From sequence record SRR31156797_9613: a stretch of 44,772 bases of DNA; one strand, given 5' to 3'. The first letter of the stretch is position 1; each line of letters opens with the position of its first letter. The translations under genes and the position numbers were made by a program. The notes below the pieces were generated by a model that was not told the DNA's origin, made no database searches, and worked only from the letters and a program-made list of their open reading frames with translations. Below are positions 26,328 through 37,060 of this stretch, in pieces.

Positions 26328-28388
26328 ATGAGCAAGACCAGGAAAAAATCCAAAACCACGGGGCCCGGCAAAGAAAGCATGGTAAGAACCTATCTGGTTT
26401 TTATTATCCTGTTTTTGTTCGGAGTCGGAATTGTAATCAAAGCAGCCCATATCCAGATTTTCGAAGGCCCGGTTTTAAACGAGCGTGCCGAAAAAATGGA
26501 ATACAAATACAGCGATACAGAAGCGATGCGTGGCAACATTTATGCTGCCGATGGGAATATTCTGGCCACCTCCATCCCCATTTTCGAAATTCGTTTCGAT
26601 GCGGCCTCTCCACACATTCCCAATAAATTGTTCAACGACAGTGTTTCGCATTTGGCATATTATTTATCAAAGATGTTTGGCGACCGCACAAACTGGGGCT
26701 ACAAACAATACCTCATCAATGCCCGGAAAAAGGGGAACCGCTATCTCGCCATCCAAAAAAATGTAACCTACGATCAACTTTCAGAACTGAAAGATTTCCC
26801 CATTTTTAACAAGGGGAAAATCAAGGGCGGGCTGATCGCAGAACGCCAGATATCACGCGAATATCCTTTTGGCATTTTGGCAAAACGAACAATCGGGTAT
26901 TCCAGAGTCAATGAAAAAGATACGATTTTGGTGGGCCTTGAAGGCTATTTTGATGACTATCTCCGCGGCACGCCCGGCAGACAGCTCAGGCAACGCATGG
27001 CCAACAGAGCCTGGCGACCGGTTTACAGCGAAAATGATATCGAGCCCGAAAACGGGCAGGATGTGATCACCACCATCGATACCTACTTGCAGGATGTTGC
27101 TGAAAATGCGCTGATGAAACAGCTGAAAAGTCACAATGCCGAAAAAGGCACGGTGGTTTTGATGGAAGTTAAAACCGGCGAGATCAAGGCCATTGCTAAT
27201 CTTGTCCACAATGAAAAAGACGATACTTACACTGAAACCTACAACCTGGCTGTAGGTGAGGCCTTCGAGCCGGGCTCGACTTTTAAGATTGCATCGCTGA
27301 TGATTGCCATGGAAGATGGCACGTTGGGCAAAATCGATTCGGTGGAAATTGGTGATGGCTGGACCATGTACCATGGTAAAACCATGAAGGATTCCCACCT
27401 GATTGATGCTGATGGCTGGCTGACACCTGAGGAATGCCTGGTATACAGCTCCAATGTAGGTGTTTCACGAATCATTTATGACCATTACACAGGCCGTGAG
27501 TGGGATTTTTACAACGGCGTCAAAGCGATGTTCCCGCTTGAACCAACAGGCATCGAAATCCATGGCGAGGCGACACCAGGACTAAAAAATCCCGACAACA
27601 GGCACTGGTCAAAAGTAACGCTGCCCTGGATGTCGATTGGTTACGAAATGACAATTACGCCGCTGCAAATGCTTACGTTTTACAATGCCATTGCCAACAA
27701 TGGGACCATGGTGAAGCCGCACCTGGTAAAGTACATAGGCGAGGCAGGCAGGATGACAAAGGAATTTGAACCCGAAATCATCAAAAAATCCATTTGCTCC
27801 GAATCGACGCTTGCGCTGGCCAGACATTACCTTGAGGGTGTTGTGGATTACGGAACCGCAACCAATATCAAAAATGAAATCTACAAAATTGCCGGAAAAA
27901 CAGGTACTGCCAAGGTAAACGAAAATGGTAAGTACATTCCAAAGTACAATGCTTCGTTTGCCGGATATTTTCCGGCCTCCGATCCAAAATATTCATGCAT
28001 CGTGGTAATTTACCGGCCCAACGACGGACATTATTATGCTACTCAGGTTGCAGCGCCGGTTTTTAAGGAAATTGCAGATATCGTGTATGCCACCGAAATT
28101 GACATTCACCCGGAAAACCCACCGGAAATTCATGAAATCATCGCAGAAAATGCAAACACCCCAAAGATAGATTTTGACGCTGACAGCACTCTATCATTCG
28201 ATCAGTTTATGACCAAAAAAACCATCCCCAACGTAAACGGTATGGGTGCCAAAGACGCCATTTATCTCTTAGAGAATATGGGTCTGGTTGTTCGTGTAAA
28301 TGGACGTGGACTGGTGAAAAAACAATCGCTTGAGCCGGGCTATACATTCCGCAAAGGCGATCATATTTATTTGAACCTGGAAATATAA
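26328..28388 (+). CDS. ftsI: Class B penicillin-binding protein FtsI with PASTA domain
   Basis: RGNIYAADG, EPGSTFK (SxxK), SSN, KTGTA and a C-terminal PASTA domain. Confidence 0.93.
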   Translation: MSKTRKKSKTTGPGKESMVRTYLVFIILFLFGVGIVIKAAHIQIFEGPVLNERAEKMEYKYSDTEAMRGNIYAADGNILATSIPIFEIRFDAASPHIPNKLFNDSVSHLAYYLSKMFGDRTNWGYKQYLINARKKGNRYLAIQKNVTYDQLSELKDFPIFNKGKIKGGLIAERQISREYPFGILAKRTIGYSRVNEKDTILVGLEGYFDDYLRGTPGRQLRQRMANRAWRPVYSENDIEPENGQDVITTIDTYLQDVAENALMKQLKSHNAEKGTVVLMEVKTGEIKAIANLVHNEKDDTYTETYNLAVGEAFEPGSTFKIASLMIAMEDGTLGKIDSVEIGDGWTMYHGKTMKDSHLIDADGWLTPEECLVYSSNVGVSRIIYDHYTGREWDFYNGVKAMFPLEPTGIEIHGEATPGLKNPDNRHWSKVTLPWMSIGYEMTITPLQMLTFYNAIANNGTMVKPHLVKYIGEAGRMTKEFEPEIIKKSICSESTLALARHYLEGVVDYGTATNIKNEIYKIAGKTGTAKVNENGKYIPKYNASFAGYFPASDPKYSCIVVIYRPNDGHYYATQVAAPVFKEIADIVYATEIDIHPENPPEIHEIIAENANTPKIDFDADSTLSFDQFMTKKTIPNVNGMGAKDAIYLLENMGLVVRVNGRGLVKKQSLEPGYTFRKGDHIYLNLEI

Positions 28389-28392
28389 ACAG

Positions 28393-29850
28393 TTGAAAAA
28401 CCTTACTGACATATTAGCGCATGTGAATGTCCTGAAATCCTCAGGTGATACAGCTGTTGAGATCAATAAAATCACCTTCGATTCCAGGGATGTTGAGCCG
28501 GGCGACCTTTTTGTAGCTGTAAAAGGCACCAGGGTAGACGGCCATAAATTCATCAGCACGGCACTGAAAAATGGCGCCACAGCTGTGGTTTGCGAAACAT
28601 TACCATCGGAATTGCCAGAAGAGGCCATTTTCATCCAGGTGGAGAATTCTGCTAAAACACTGGGGCTGATGGCATCGGCCTATTACGACCATCCTTCTCA
28701 TGACATGAAGGTGATCGGAATTACAGGAACAAACGGAAAAACCACAACCGTCTTCCTGCTATACCAGCTTTACAAATTGCTGGGATACAAAGCCGGATTA
28801 CTTTCGACCATCGAAAATCGCATTGGCGATACTGTCATCAAATCTACACATACAACCGCTGATGCAGTTCAGATTAACAAAAACCTCGCTGCAATGGCTG
28901 ATGCGGGTTGCGACTACTGCTTCATGGAAATCAGCTCGCATGCCATTGAGCAGGAACGTACCGCCGGACTGAAAATTCATGGTGCTATTTTTTCAAATAT
29001 TACCCATGACCACCTGGATTATCACGGCACTTTCGACAATTACATCAAAGCCAAAAAGAAGCTTTTTGATGAGCTGCCGAATGATGCTTTCGCGCTGGTG
29101 AATACTGATGATAAACATGCAGGCGTCATGCTTCAAAATACCACGGCCAAAAAAGCGACTTACAGCCTGAAAAATGTTTCGGACTTTAAAGGAAGGATTT
29201 TGGAAAATCTTTTTGTAGGATTGCATTTACACATTAATCGTACCGATGTGTGGACGCGCCTTGTAGGAAGTTTTAATGCTTACAACATCATGGCCGTTTA
29301 TGCTGCCGCCTGCCTCGAAGGACAAAAACCGGAAGAGGTACTCCTCAACATCAGCAGGCTGGAACCCGTAGAAGGCCGGTTTGAGGTGGTACAATCCACA
29401 GCCGAGATTGTGGCCATCGTGGATTATGCACACACGCCCGATGCACTCAAAAATGTGCTGGTAACGATTAATAATGTGCGCTCCGGGAGCGAACACCTGT
29501 TGACGATCATTGGTGCAGGTGGAAATCGTGACAGGGAAAAACGTCCAAAGTTGGCTGAAATAGCCTGCAACTTTAGCGAGCGTGTAATTCTTACAGCCGA
29601 CAACCCCAGGGATGAAGACCCGGAGGAGATCATCAAAGAGATGGACTCAGGACTGAACAACGATTGCCGCAGAAAAACAGTAAAAATTACAGATCGCCGG
29701 GAAGCCATAAAAACAGCGTGCATAATCTCCGTAAAAGGAGACATCATTTTGGTGGCCGGAAAAGGCCACGAAACTTACCAGGAGGTAAAAGGCGTGCGGC
29801 ACCATTTTGACGACCGGGAAATATTAAAAGCGTGTTTAAATAATTTATAA
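28393..29850 (+). CDS. murE: UDP-N-acetylmuramoyl-L-alanyl-D-glutamate--DAP ligase
   Basis: GITGTNGKTT, MEISSH, DYAHTPDAL, DNPR and AGKGHE motifs; TTG start. Confidence 0.95.
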   Translation: MKNLTDILAHVNVLKSSGDTAVEINKITFDSRDVEPGDLFVAVKGTRVDGHKFISTALKNGATAVVCETLPSELPEEAIFIQVENSAKTLGLMASAYYDHPSHDMKVIGITGTNGKTTTVFLLYQLYKLLGYKAGLLSTIENRIGDTVIKSTHTTADAVQINKNLAAMADAGCDYCFMEISSHAIEQERTAGLKIHGAIFSNITHDHLDYHGTFDNYIKAKKKLFDELPNDAFALVNTDDKHAGVMLQNTTAKKATYSLKNVSDFKGRILENLFVGLHLHINRTDVWTRLVGSFNAYNIMAVYAAACLEGQKPEEVLLNISRLEPVEGRFEVVQSTAEIVAIVDYAHTPDALKNVLVTINNVRSGSEHLLTIIGAGGNRDREKRPKLAEIACNFSERVILTADNPRDEDPEEIIKEMDSGLNNDCRRKTVKITDRREAIKTACIISVKGDIILVAGKGHETYQEVKGVRHHFDDREILKACLNNL

Positions 29851-29870
29851 ACTGTTAATCAACAGGACAG

Positions 29871-31124
29871 ATGCTATATTACCTGTTTGCATATCTGGAA
29901 CAAAACTTTGACCTGCCGGGCGCAGGGATGTTCGAATATATTTCATTCCGTGCCGGGATGGCTGTGATCACTTCGCTGATCATTTCCTTGCTTTTTGGAA
30001 AACGGCTTATCAACTACCTCAAGAAAAAACAGGTTGGCGAAAGCATCCGCGATCTGGGGCTGGATGGCCAGATGGAAAAGCAGGGTACGCCTACCATGGG
30101 CGGACTGATCATTCTCGGCGCGATCCTCATCCCTACGCTACTTTTTGCCAAACTGGAAAACATCTACGTAATCATTATCCTGATCACTACGATCTGGTTA
30201 GGATTTATCGGGTTCATCGACGACTATATTAAAGTGTTCAGAAAAGACAAGAAAGGCCTTGCCGGAAAATTTAAAATGCTGGGCCAGATTGTGCTGGGAA
30301 TCTTCGTGGGGTTGATGATGTATTTAAGTCCGGATATCGTGATCCGTGAAAAGCTTACCAATCAATCCGTGATTGATCAGGGCGAGAATTTTGATGCTAC
30401 CGAAAGAGATAATGCCCTTTTGCTCTTTAATCCTGAACCGGTTAAATCCACCAAATCAACCATTCCATTTGTCAAGAACAACGAATTTAACTATTCCATT
30501 TTCCTGGCCTGGCTGGGTGGCAACTACGAAAAATGGACTTTTCTGGTGTTCATTCCGGCAGTTATTCTGATCATCACCGCGGTATCCAACGGCGCAAATT
30601 TAACGGATGGGATGGACGGGCTGGCAACAGGAACATCGGCCATCATTGGGACAACACTGGCCATATTTGCTTACGTTTCAGGCAACATCTTTTTTGCCAA
30701 CTATCTCAACATCATGTACATTCCCAATACGGGCGAGCTGGTGATTTTTATCAGTGCCTTTGTGGGGGCCTGCATCGGATTCCTTTGGTACAACTCATTT
30801 CCGGCACAGGTTTTTATGGGCGATACCGGATCACTTGCCATTGGAGGTATTATTGCCGTATTCGCAATCATGCTCCGCAAGGAACTTCTTATTCCAATCC
30901 TATGCGGCATTTTTCTGGTGGAAAACCTTTCGGTGGTGATGCAGGTAAGCTATTTCAAATACACACGCAAAAAATATGGCGAAGGACGGCGCATTTTCAA
31001 AATGTCGCCACTCCATCACCACTATCAGATAAAGGGCTATCCCGAACCAAAAATTGTACTGCGGTTTTTCATTGTCGGTATCATGCTGGCAGTATTTACG
31101 GTGATCACACTAAAGATCAGGTAA
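29871..31124 (+). CDS. mraY: Phospho-N-acetylmuramoyl-pentapeptide transferase
   Basis: [30 protein letters not shown] and PLHHHY motifs. Confidence 0.96.
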   Translation: MLYYLFAYLEQNFDLPGAGMFEYISFRAGMAVITSLIISLLFGKRLINYLKKKQVGESIRDLGLDGQMEKQGTPTMGGLIILGAILIPTLLFAKLENIYVIIILITTIWLGFIGFIDDYIKVFRKDKKGLAGKFKMLGQIVLGIFVGLMMYLSPDIVIREKLTNQSVIDQGENFDATERDNALLLFNPEPVKSTKSTIPFVKNNEFNYSIFLAWLGGNYEKWTFLVFIPAVILIITAVSNGANLTDGMDGLATGTSAIIGTTLAIFAYVSGNIFFANYLNIMYIPNTGELVIFISAFVGACIGFLWYNSFPAQVFMGDTGSLAIGGIIAVFAIMLRKELLIPILCGIFLVENLSVVMQVSYFKYTRKKYGEGRRIFKMSPLHHHYQIKGYPEPKIVLRFFIVGIMLAVFTVITLKIR

Positions 31125-31137
31125 GGAGGGATGCGGA

Positions 31138-32499
31138 TTGGCCAAAAGAATTGCCATACTTGGAGGAGGTGAAAGCGGAACCGGGGCGGCGCTGCTGGCA
31201 AAAAAGAAAGGTTTTGAGGTTTTTATTTCGGATAGCGGAAAAATAAAACAACAGTATAAAAAAGTTCTTTCACAGTTTGATATCGACTTCGAAGAAGGCC
31301 CCCACACAAAGAGCAGGATTCTGAAAGCAAATGAGGTTATCAAAAGCCCCGGGATTCCGGGAACGGCAACTTTGGTTCAGCAAATAAAATCAAGAGGCAT
31401 TCCGGTGATTTCGGAGATTGAATTTGCAGGAAGGCATACGAATGCCAAAAAGATATGTATCACGGGGTCGAACGGAAAAACCACAACCACCCTGCTTACC
31501 TATCATATCCTTAAAAATGCCGGGCTGGATGTGGGCCTTGGAGGCAATGTGGGCAAGAGCATGGCATGGCTGCTTAGCGAGCGGGATTATGAATATCTGG
31601 TTCTTGAGCTCAGCAGTTTCCAGTTGGACGATATGTTTGAACTCAAGGCAGAGATTGCGATGCTGCTGAACATTACGCCCGACCATCTGGACAGGTATGA
31701 CAATGATTTTGAAAAATATGCAGATGCCAAATTCAGGATTACCCAAAATCAGGGGCCGGAAGATTTCCTGGTTTTTGATTGGGACGATGAAACCATCCGC
31801 AGGAAATTAAAGGCATCAGGAGGTTTGGCAAAACAAATACCCTTTTCGCTTGAAGACTCAGGATTTAGTGAGGGGGCATTCTTTGAAGAAGATAAAAAGG
31901 ACTACGAACAAAGCAAATTGATCATCAACATAAACCGTGAAAAAATGGTAATGACTTTAAAGGAAATGGCACTTAGCGGCAGGCACAATGCTTACAATTC
32001 GATGGCAGCAGCCATTGGCGCAAGGCTGATCGACATCCGGAAGGACCGCATCAAGGAAAGCCTGGCGGATTTCCAGGGTGTGGAGCACAGGCTGGAGTAT
32101 GTGGCATCGATCCGTGGCATCGAATTCATCAACGATTCCAAGGCCACCAACATCAACTCAACCTGGTATGCACTTGAAAATGCCGGGCGTCCGGTAATCT
32201 GGATTTGTGGCGGCCAGGACAAAGGAAATGATTACGAGGCGCTGTTGGAGATGGTTGATGAAAAAGTAAAAGCCATCATCTGCCTTGGGGTGGATAATTC
32301 CCGGATTATTGAGGCCTTTTCCAATTCATGCCCTGCCATTTATGAGACTCAAAGCATGCAGGCAGCAGTAAAGATGTCGTACAAGCTGGGCGAGAAAGGC
32401 GACACCGTTTTACTTTCACCGGCATGTGCCAGCTTCGACCTGTTTAAAAATTATGAGGATCGTGGTAATCAGTTTAAATATAATGTTGTAAACCTCTAA
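31138..32499 (+). CDS. murD: UDP-N-acetylmuramoyl-L-alanine--D-glutamate ligase
   Basis: ITGSNGKTTT, ELSSFQL, DHLDRY, NDSKATN and LLSPACASFD motifs; TTG start. Confidence 0.96.
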   Translation: MAKRIAILGGGESGTGAALLAKKKGFEVFISDSGKIKQQYKKVLSQFDIDFEEGPHTKSRILKANEVIKSPGIPGTATLVQQIKSRGIPVISEIEFAGRHTNAKKICITGSNGKTTTTLLTYHILKNAGLDVGLGGNVGKSMAWLLSERDYEYLVLELSSFQLDDMFELKAEIAMLLNITPDHLDRYDNDFEKYADAKFRITQNQGPEDFLVFDWDDETIRRKLKASGGLAKQIPFSLEDSGFSEGAFFEEDKKDYEQSKLIININREKMVMTLKEMALSGRHNAYNSMAAAIGARLIDIRKDRIKESLADFQGVEHRLEYVASIRGIEFINDSKATNINSTWYALENAGRPVIWICGGQDKGNDYEALLEMVDEKVKAIICLGVDNSRIIEAFSNSCPAIYETQSMQAAVKMSYKLGEKGDTVLLSPACASFDLFKNYEDRGNQFKYNVVNL

Positions 32500-32596
32500 A
32501 AACGACTGCAATTATAAAGATGATTAAACAACCAAAACATATGGAATTTATTTTTGATTCATTCATCTTTTCATTAACCCTTAAAACATCAACAAA

Positions 32597-33766
32597 ATGA
32601 TTTCCAATTACATCAAAGGCGACAAAGTGATCTGGTTGCTGGTGGTTATCCTGTCGGCAATTTCCCTGCTGGCCATCTACAGCTCCACCAGTTCGCTTGC
32701 ATGGCGCGAACAGGGCGGAAACACAGAGTATTACCTTATCCGCCAGTTTGTGATCGTGATGCTGGGATTGATCATCATGTTTTCAATCCACCGCATCAAT
32801 TACATCTATTTTTCAAGAGCGGCGCAGTTCCTTTTTTACGTTTCAATTGCGCTGTTGATCTTTACCCTGTTCTTCGGCCCGGTTATCAACGGTGCCCGAC
32901 GCTTTCTCATCATCAACATTCCCGGGTTGGGGATGCTTACATTCCAAACATCAGATATGGCCAAGCTGGCTTTGATGATGTACCTTGCCCGTTTCCTGGC
33001 CAAAAACCAGGATGAGATTCGCGACTTCAAAAAAGGATTCGTAAAGATAATTATACCCATTTTGGTTATCTGCGGATTCATCCTGCCTGCCAACTTCTCA
33101 ACGGCAGCAATGCTTTTTGTAGGCAGCCTGGGAATTTTATACATCGGCAGGGCAAACATCAAACACATTGGCGCACTTATCGGCATCGGGATTCTTGGAT
33201 TCGGGATGTTGCTGGGCATTGCCAAATACAAACCTGAATTGCTGCCGCGTGCCACCACTTGGTATAACCGTGCCGTATCGCATTTTAACGAAGACTCCGA
33301 GCCGGCATACCAGGTGAATATTTCAAAGATGGCCATCGCCGGAGGAGGTATCATCGGCAAAATGCCTGGCAACAGCACCCAACGGAATTTCCTGCCCCAC
33401 TCCTATTCTGATTTTGTATATGCGATTATCATCGAAGAATATGGACTAATTGGCGGAGGCGCAGTGGTTTTCATCTTCATCATGCTATTGTTCCGGTCGA
33501 TTAAAATAGCGCGATTGTGCGAAAAGAAATTCGGCAGCTTTCTGGTCATTGGCATCAGCTTCCTGATGGTATTCCAGGCCATGATCAACATGGGTGTTGC
33601 CGTAAACCTGTTGCCTGTGACCGGACAAACATTACCGTTTATTTCCATGGGTGGAACCTCTTTCTGGTTTTCCTGCGCCGGCCTGGGTATCATCCTGAGT
33701 GTAAGCCGGTCGGTTGAAATGAAACAACCTGCTAAAAATGAAAATTTAAATTATGCCACAGCATAA
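32597..33766 (+). CDS. ftsW: SEDS peptidoglycan polymerase FtsW
   Basis: Polytopic; NGARR, LPHSYSDF..AII.EEYG and PVTGQTLPFISMGG motifs. Confidence 0.94.
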   Translation: MISNYIKGDKVIWLLVVILSAISLLAIYSSTSSLAWREQGGNTEYYLIRQFVIVMLGLIIMFSIHRINYIYFSRAAQFLFYVSIALLIFTLFFGPVINGARRFLIINIPGLGMLTFQTSDMAKLALMMYLARFLAKNQDEIRDFKKGFVKIIIPILVICGFILPANFSTAAMLFVGSLGILYIGRANIKHIGALIGIGILGFGMLLGIAKYKPELLPRATTWYNRAVSHFNEDSEPAYQVNISKMAIAGGGIIGKMPGNSTQRNFLPHSYSDFVYAIIIEEYGLIGGGAVVFIFIMLLFRSIKIARLCEKKFGSFLVIGISFLMVFQAMINMGVAVNLLPVTGQTLPFISMGGTSFWFSCAGLGIILSVSRSVEMKQPAKNENLNYATA

Positions 33767-34889
33767 ACTGAAAATACTGATCTCCGGTGGCGGAACGGGC
33801 GGCCATGTGTTCCCGGCCATAGCCATCGCCGAAGCCCTCAAACGCATCGACGAAACCATCGACATTTTGTTTGTTGGCGCCAAGGGGCGTATGGAGATGG
33901 AGAAGGTGCCCATGGCCGGCTTCCCCATCACCGGGTTATGGATCAGTGGTTTTCAGCGGAGCTTAAGCATGAAAAACCTGTTATTTCCCTTTAAATTGGC
34001 TTACAGCCTGATGAAGGCCGGCAGCATTGTTCGCAGGTTCAAACCTGCTGCTGTGGTTGGCGTTGGCGGCTATGCCAGCGGGCCAACTGTTAAGATGGCC
34101 GTAAGAAGAAAAGTTCCGGCATTGTTGCAGGAGCAAAACTCATTTCCGGGTATCACCAATAAGTTGCTGGCAAAAGATGCACGTAAAATTTGTGTGGCCT
34201 ATCCCGGAATGGAAAAGTATTTCCCGAAAGAAAAACTCATTGTCACCGGAAATCCTATCAGGCAGCAGGTGGTGGAAATTGAAGGCAAGCGCGAATATGC
34301 TTTCGAATATTTTGAGTTGGACAAAAACAAGCAGGTGATCCTTGTCGTGGGCGGAAGCCAGGGAGCACGCTCCATAAACGAGGCGATTGATGAAAGCCTG
34401 ATGCTTTTTGCCATGAACAACATTCAGGTAATCTGGCAAACAGGCAAATTGTACGTTGAACAGGCACAAAAATCAATTTTGGCTAACCTCAGCGGCAACA
34501 ACAAAAAACTGGTCAGGGTGAAAGCGTTTATCACACGTATGGATCTGGCTTATGCCGCTGCTGACATGGTGATTTCACGCGCCGGTGCCATTGCCATCTC
34601 AGAGTTGAGTGTAGTTGGCAAGCCCTGCATTTTTGTCCCGCTGCCAACGGCGGCAGAAGATCACCAGACCCATAACGCCGAAGCCCTGGTAAAAGAAAAT
34701 GCAGCCATTCACCTGAAAAACAGTGACGCCAAAGAGAAGCTGGGAAAAATGGCCGTTGGACTGGCGAAAAATGAAGATTTACGAGAGACCTTCTCAAAAA
34801 ACATACAGAAGATGGCTGTGAAAAATTCAGCCGACCGGATTGCAGAAGAAATCCTGGAAATGATAAAACCTGTAGAAGTGGATGAATAA
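33753..34889 (+). CDS. murG: Lipid II GlcNAc transferase MurG
   Basis: GGGTGGHVFP, EQNS.PG, GGSQGA, SRAGA and HQ..NA motifs. Confidence 0.96.
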   Translation: MPQHKLKILISGGGTGGHVFPAIAIAEALKRIDETIDILFVGAKGRMEMEKVPMAGFPITGLWISGFQRSLSMKNLLFPFKLAYSLMKAGSIVRRFKPAAVVGVGGYASGPTVKMAVRRKVPALLQEQNSFPGITNKLLAKDARKICVAYPGMEKYFPKEKLIVTGNPIRQQVVEIEGKREYAFEYFELDKNKQVILVVGGSQGARSINEAIDESLMLFAMNNIQVIWQTGKLYVEQAQKSILANLSGNNKKLVRVKAFITRMDLAYAAADMVISRAGAIAISELSVVGKPCIFVPLPTAAEDHQTHNAEALVKENAAIHLKNSDAKEKLGKMAVGLAKNEDLRETFSKNIQKMAVKNSADRIAEEILEMIKPVEVDE

Positions 34890-36276
34890 GTATACACACA
34901 TATTCATGATTGGGATTGGCGGCATTGGCATGTCGGCACTGGCCAGGTATTTTGCCCTGAATGGCAAAACCGTCGCCGGTTACGACCGCACACCATCGAT
35001 GATCACTTCACAACTCCAGAATGAGGGCATCCGTATCACCTTTGAAGATCAACCGGTTTTTGAAGATGAAAAATTCGGGGATCCACAAAAAACACTGGTG
35101 ATCTTCACCCCTGCCGTAAAACAGGACAATGGTTTCATGACCTGGTTCACTCGAAATCGTTTTACAATGATGAAACGTGCTGAGGTGCTTGGTGAAATAT
35201 CCAAAACATTCAAAACCATTGCTGTGGCCGGAACCCATGGCAAAACCAGTGTTTCGTGTATGATCGCACACATCCTGAAAGGCTCAAATATTGGCTGCAA
35301 TGCCATCCTCGGTGGTATTCCCAAAAATTACCTGACCAACTTCATTTTTGATGCGGAGTCAGCATTTTTGGTGACAGAAGCCGATGAGTTTGACAAATCA
35401 TTTTTGAAGTTGCAACCGGATTTTGTAACCATTACCTCTGCTGATGCCGACCACCTGGACATATATGGAAACCGGGAATCGCTTGTTGAATCCTTTGAGG
35501 CTTTTACAAATGGGATGAAACCGGATGGTGTTTTATTGCTAAAACAAAATATCGGTCTCAAAACTGACAACCTCAAAGTTCAAAATATATTCAGCTATAC
35601 GCTGGATGATGGGCATGCCGATGTTTATGCTGACAACATGGTCACTTCAGGAGAAAAAATGCAATTCGACCTCGTAACCCCGAATGGCAGGATGGAGCAA
35701 TTGGAGATGAAGGCACTCGGACTGGTAAATATCGAAAATGCTGTTGCAGCAACGTTCATGGCCTTGCAGGCTGGAACTACTGAAATTGAGATCCGGGAAG
35801 GCTTAAAAACTTTTGAAGGCGTTCATCGTCGCCTCGACCGGCAGTTTATTTCGGAGGATACAATTTATATCGATGATTATGCACATCATCCGGAAGAGAT
35901 CAATGCCCTGGTGAGGTCAGTTCGGGCACTTTATCCGGATAAGTCATTAACCGGTATTTTCCAGCCGCACCTCTACTCCCGCACCAGGGATTTTGCAGAT
36001 GGATTTGCGGAAAGTTTATCAGAATTGGATGAGGTGATACTGCTGGACATTTATCCTGCCCGCGAAAAACCTATCGCAGGGGTAACATCAAAAATGATTT
36101 TTGACAGGATCAGCAACAGCAACAAAACACTTTTATCAAAGGATAACCTGATGGATTTCTTAAGCGCAAAGAATCCTGAAATCCTTTTGACAATTGGTGC
36201 CGGAGACATCGACAGGCTGGTAGCTCCGATCCGGGAAATGTTGCAAAACAGGTTTAAAAAGGAGAATGTAACATGA
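34882..36276 (+). CDS. murC: UDP-N-acetylmuramate--L-alanine ligase
   Basis: GIGGIGMSALA, AGTHGKT, EADE, DDYAHHP and FQPHLYSRT motifs. Confidence 0.96.
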   Translation: MNKYTHIFMIGIGGIGMSALARYFALNGKTVAGYDRTPSMITSQLQNEGIRITFEDQPVFEDEKFGDPQKTLVIFTPAVKQDNGFMTWFTRNRFTMMKRAEVLGEISKTFKTIAVAGTHGKTSVSCMIAHILKGSNIGCNAILGGIPKNYLTNFIFDAESAFLVTEADEFDKSFLKLQPDFVTITSADADHLDIYGNRESLVESFEAFTNGMKPDGVLLLKQNIGLKTDNLKVQNIFSYTLDDGHADVYADNMVTSGEKMQFDLVTPNGRMEQLEMKALGLVNIENAVAATFMALQAGTTEIEIREGLKTFEGVHRRLDRQFISEDTIYIDDYAHHPEEINALVRSVRALYPDKSLTGIFQPHLYSRTRDFADGFAESLSELDEVILLDIYPAREKPIAGVTSKMIFDRISNSNKTLLSKDNLMDFLSAKNPEILLTIGAGDIDRLVAPIREMLQNRFKKENVT

Positions 36277-37055
36277 AAAAAATATTTCAAATAACCATCT
36301 GGCTGGTCATCTTTACAGGGATCATTTTCCTGTTGAGCTTTGCGGTGACTGAACACAAGCAAGCGACCTGTACATCGGTAAACATCAGTTTTACCGATCA
36401 GTTGCAAAAAAGTTTTATCGATGAAAAAGCCATTGAGGAACTGATTACAAAAGATTTCGACACACTGGCCGGCAGTCTGCTCGACAGCATCAACACCAGT
36501 GCGATTGCCACCATGCTCAAGACCAATCCATATATCCGGGAAGCAGCGGTTTTTGAATCCGTTTCCGGTAATATCGAAATTGAAGTCGAACGGGAAACTC
36601 CGCTGGTGCGAATCATTAACAAAGACTATGAAAATTTTTATCTCGCTGTCAGTGGTGCGGTTTTACCACTCAGTAGTAATTACACTCCACATGTACTGGT
36701 TGCCTCCGGCGATCTGCGTGTAACTTACAAATCCATAAAAGACAGCACTTTTTCGTACACCACTGAAGTCGAAACAGCTCAAAATCCGTTAGCATCAGCA
36801 CATTATTTGGCCGCTGCCATCTCAAACCATTCGCATTTAAACAAAAGTATCGAACAGATTTATTTCAATAAAAACGGAAACGCAGAGCTCGTTCCGGCAG
36901 ATGGCGATCATATTATCGTGCTGGGTGATGTGATTGACCTTTCGAAAAAATTCAGCAACCTGATGGCATTTTACCAGGCCGGTAAGCCTTCCGTTCGTGA
37001 TGGTTATCAGGTTGTAAATCTCAAATACACCAACCAGGTAGTTTGTAAAAAATAA
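36273..37055 (+). CDS. ftsQ: Cell division protein FtsQ/DivIB
   Basis: N-terminal TM, POTRA-like region, Bacteroidota-type C-terminus Y..VNLKY.NQVVC; lies between murC and ftsA. Confidence 0.85.
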   Translation: MKKIFQITIWLVIFTGIIFLLSFAVTEHKQATCTSVNISFTDQLQKSFIDEKAIEELITKDFDTLAGSLLDSINTSAIATMLKTNPYIREAAVFESVSGNIEIEVERETPLVRIINKDYENFYLAVSGAVLPLSSNYTPHVLVASGDLRVTYKSIKDSTFSYTTEVETAQNPLASAHYLAAAISNHSHLNKSIEQIYFNKNGNAELVPADGDHIIVLGDVIDLSKKFSNLMAFYQAGKPSVRDGYQVVNLKYTNQVVCKK

Positions 37056-37060
37056 AGCAT

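Noticed and set aside
29850-29871. murF absent between murE and mraY
   Set aside because: This is the usual Bacteroidota dcw arrangement.
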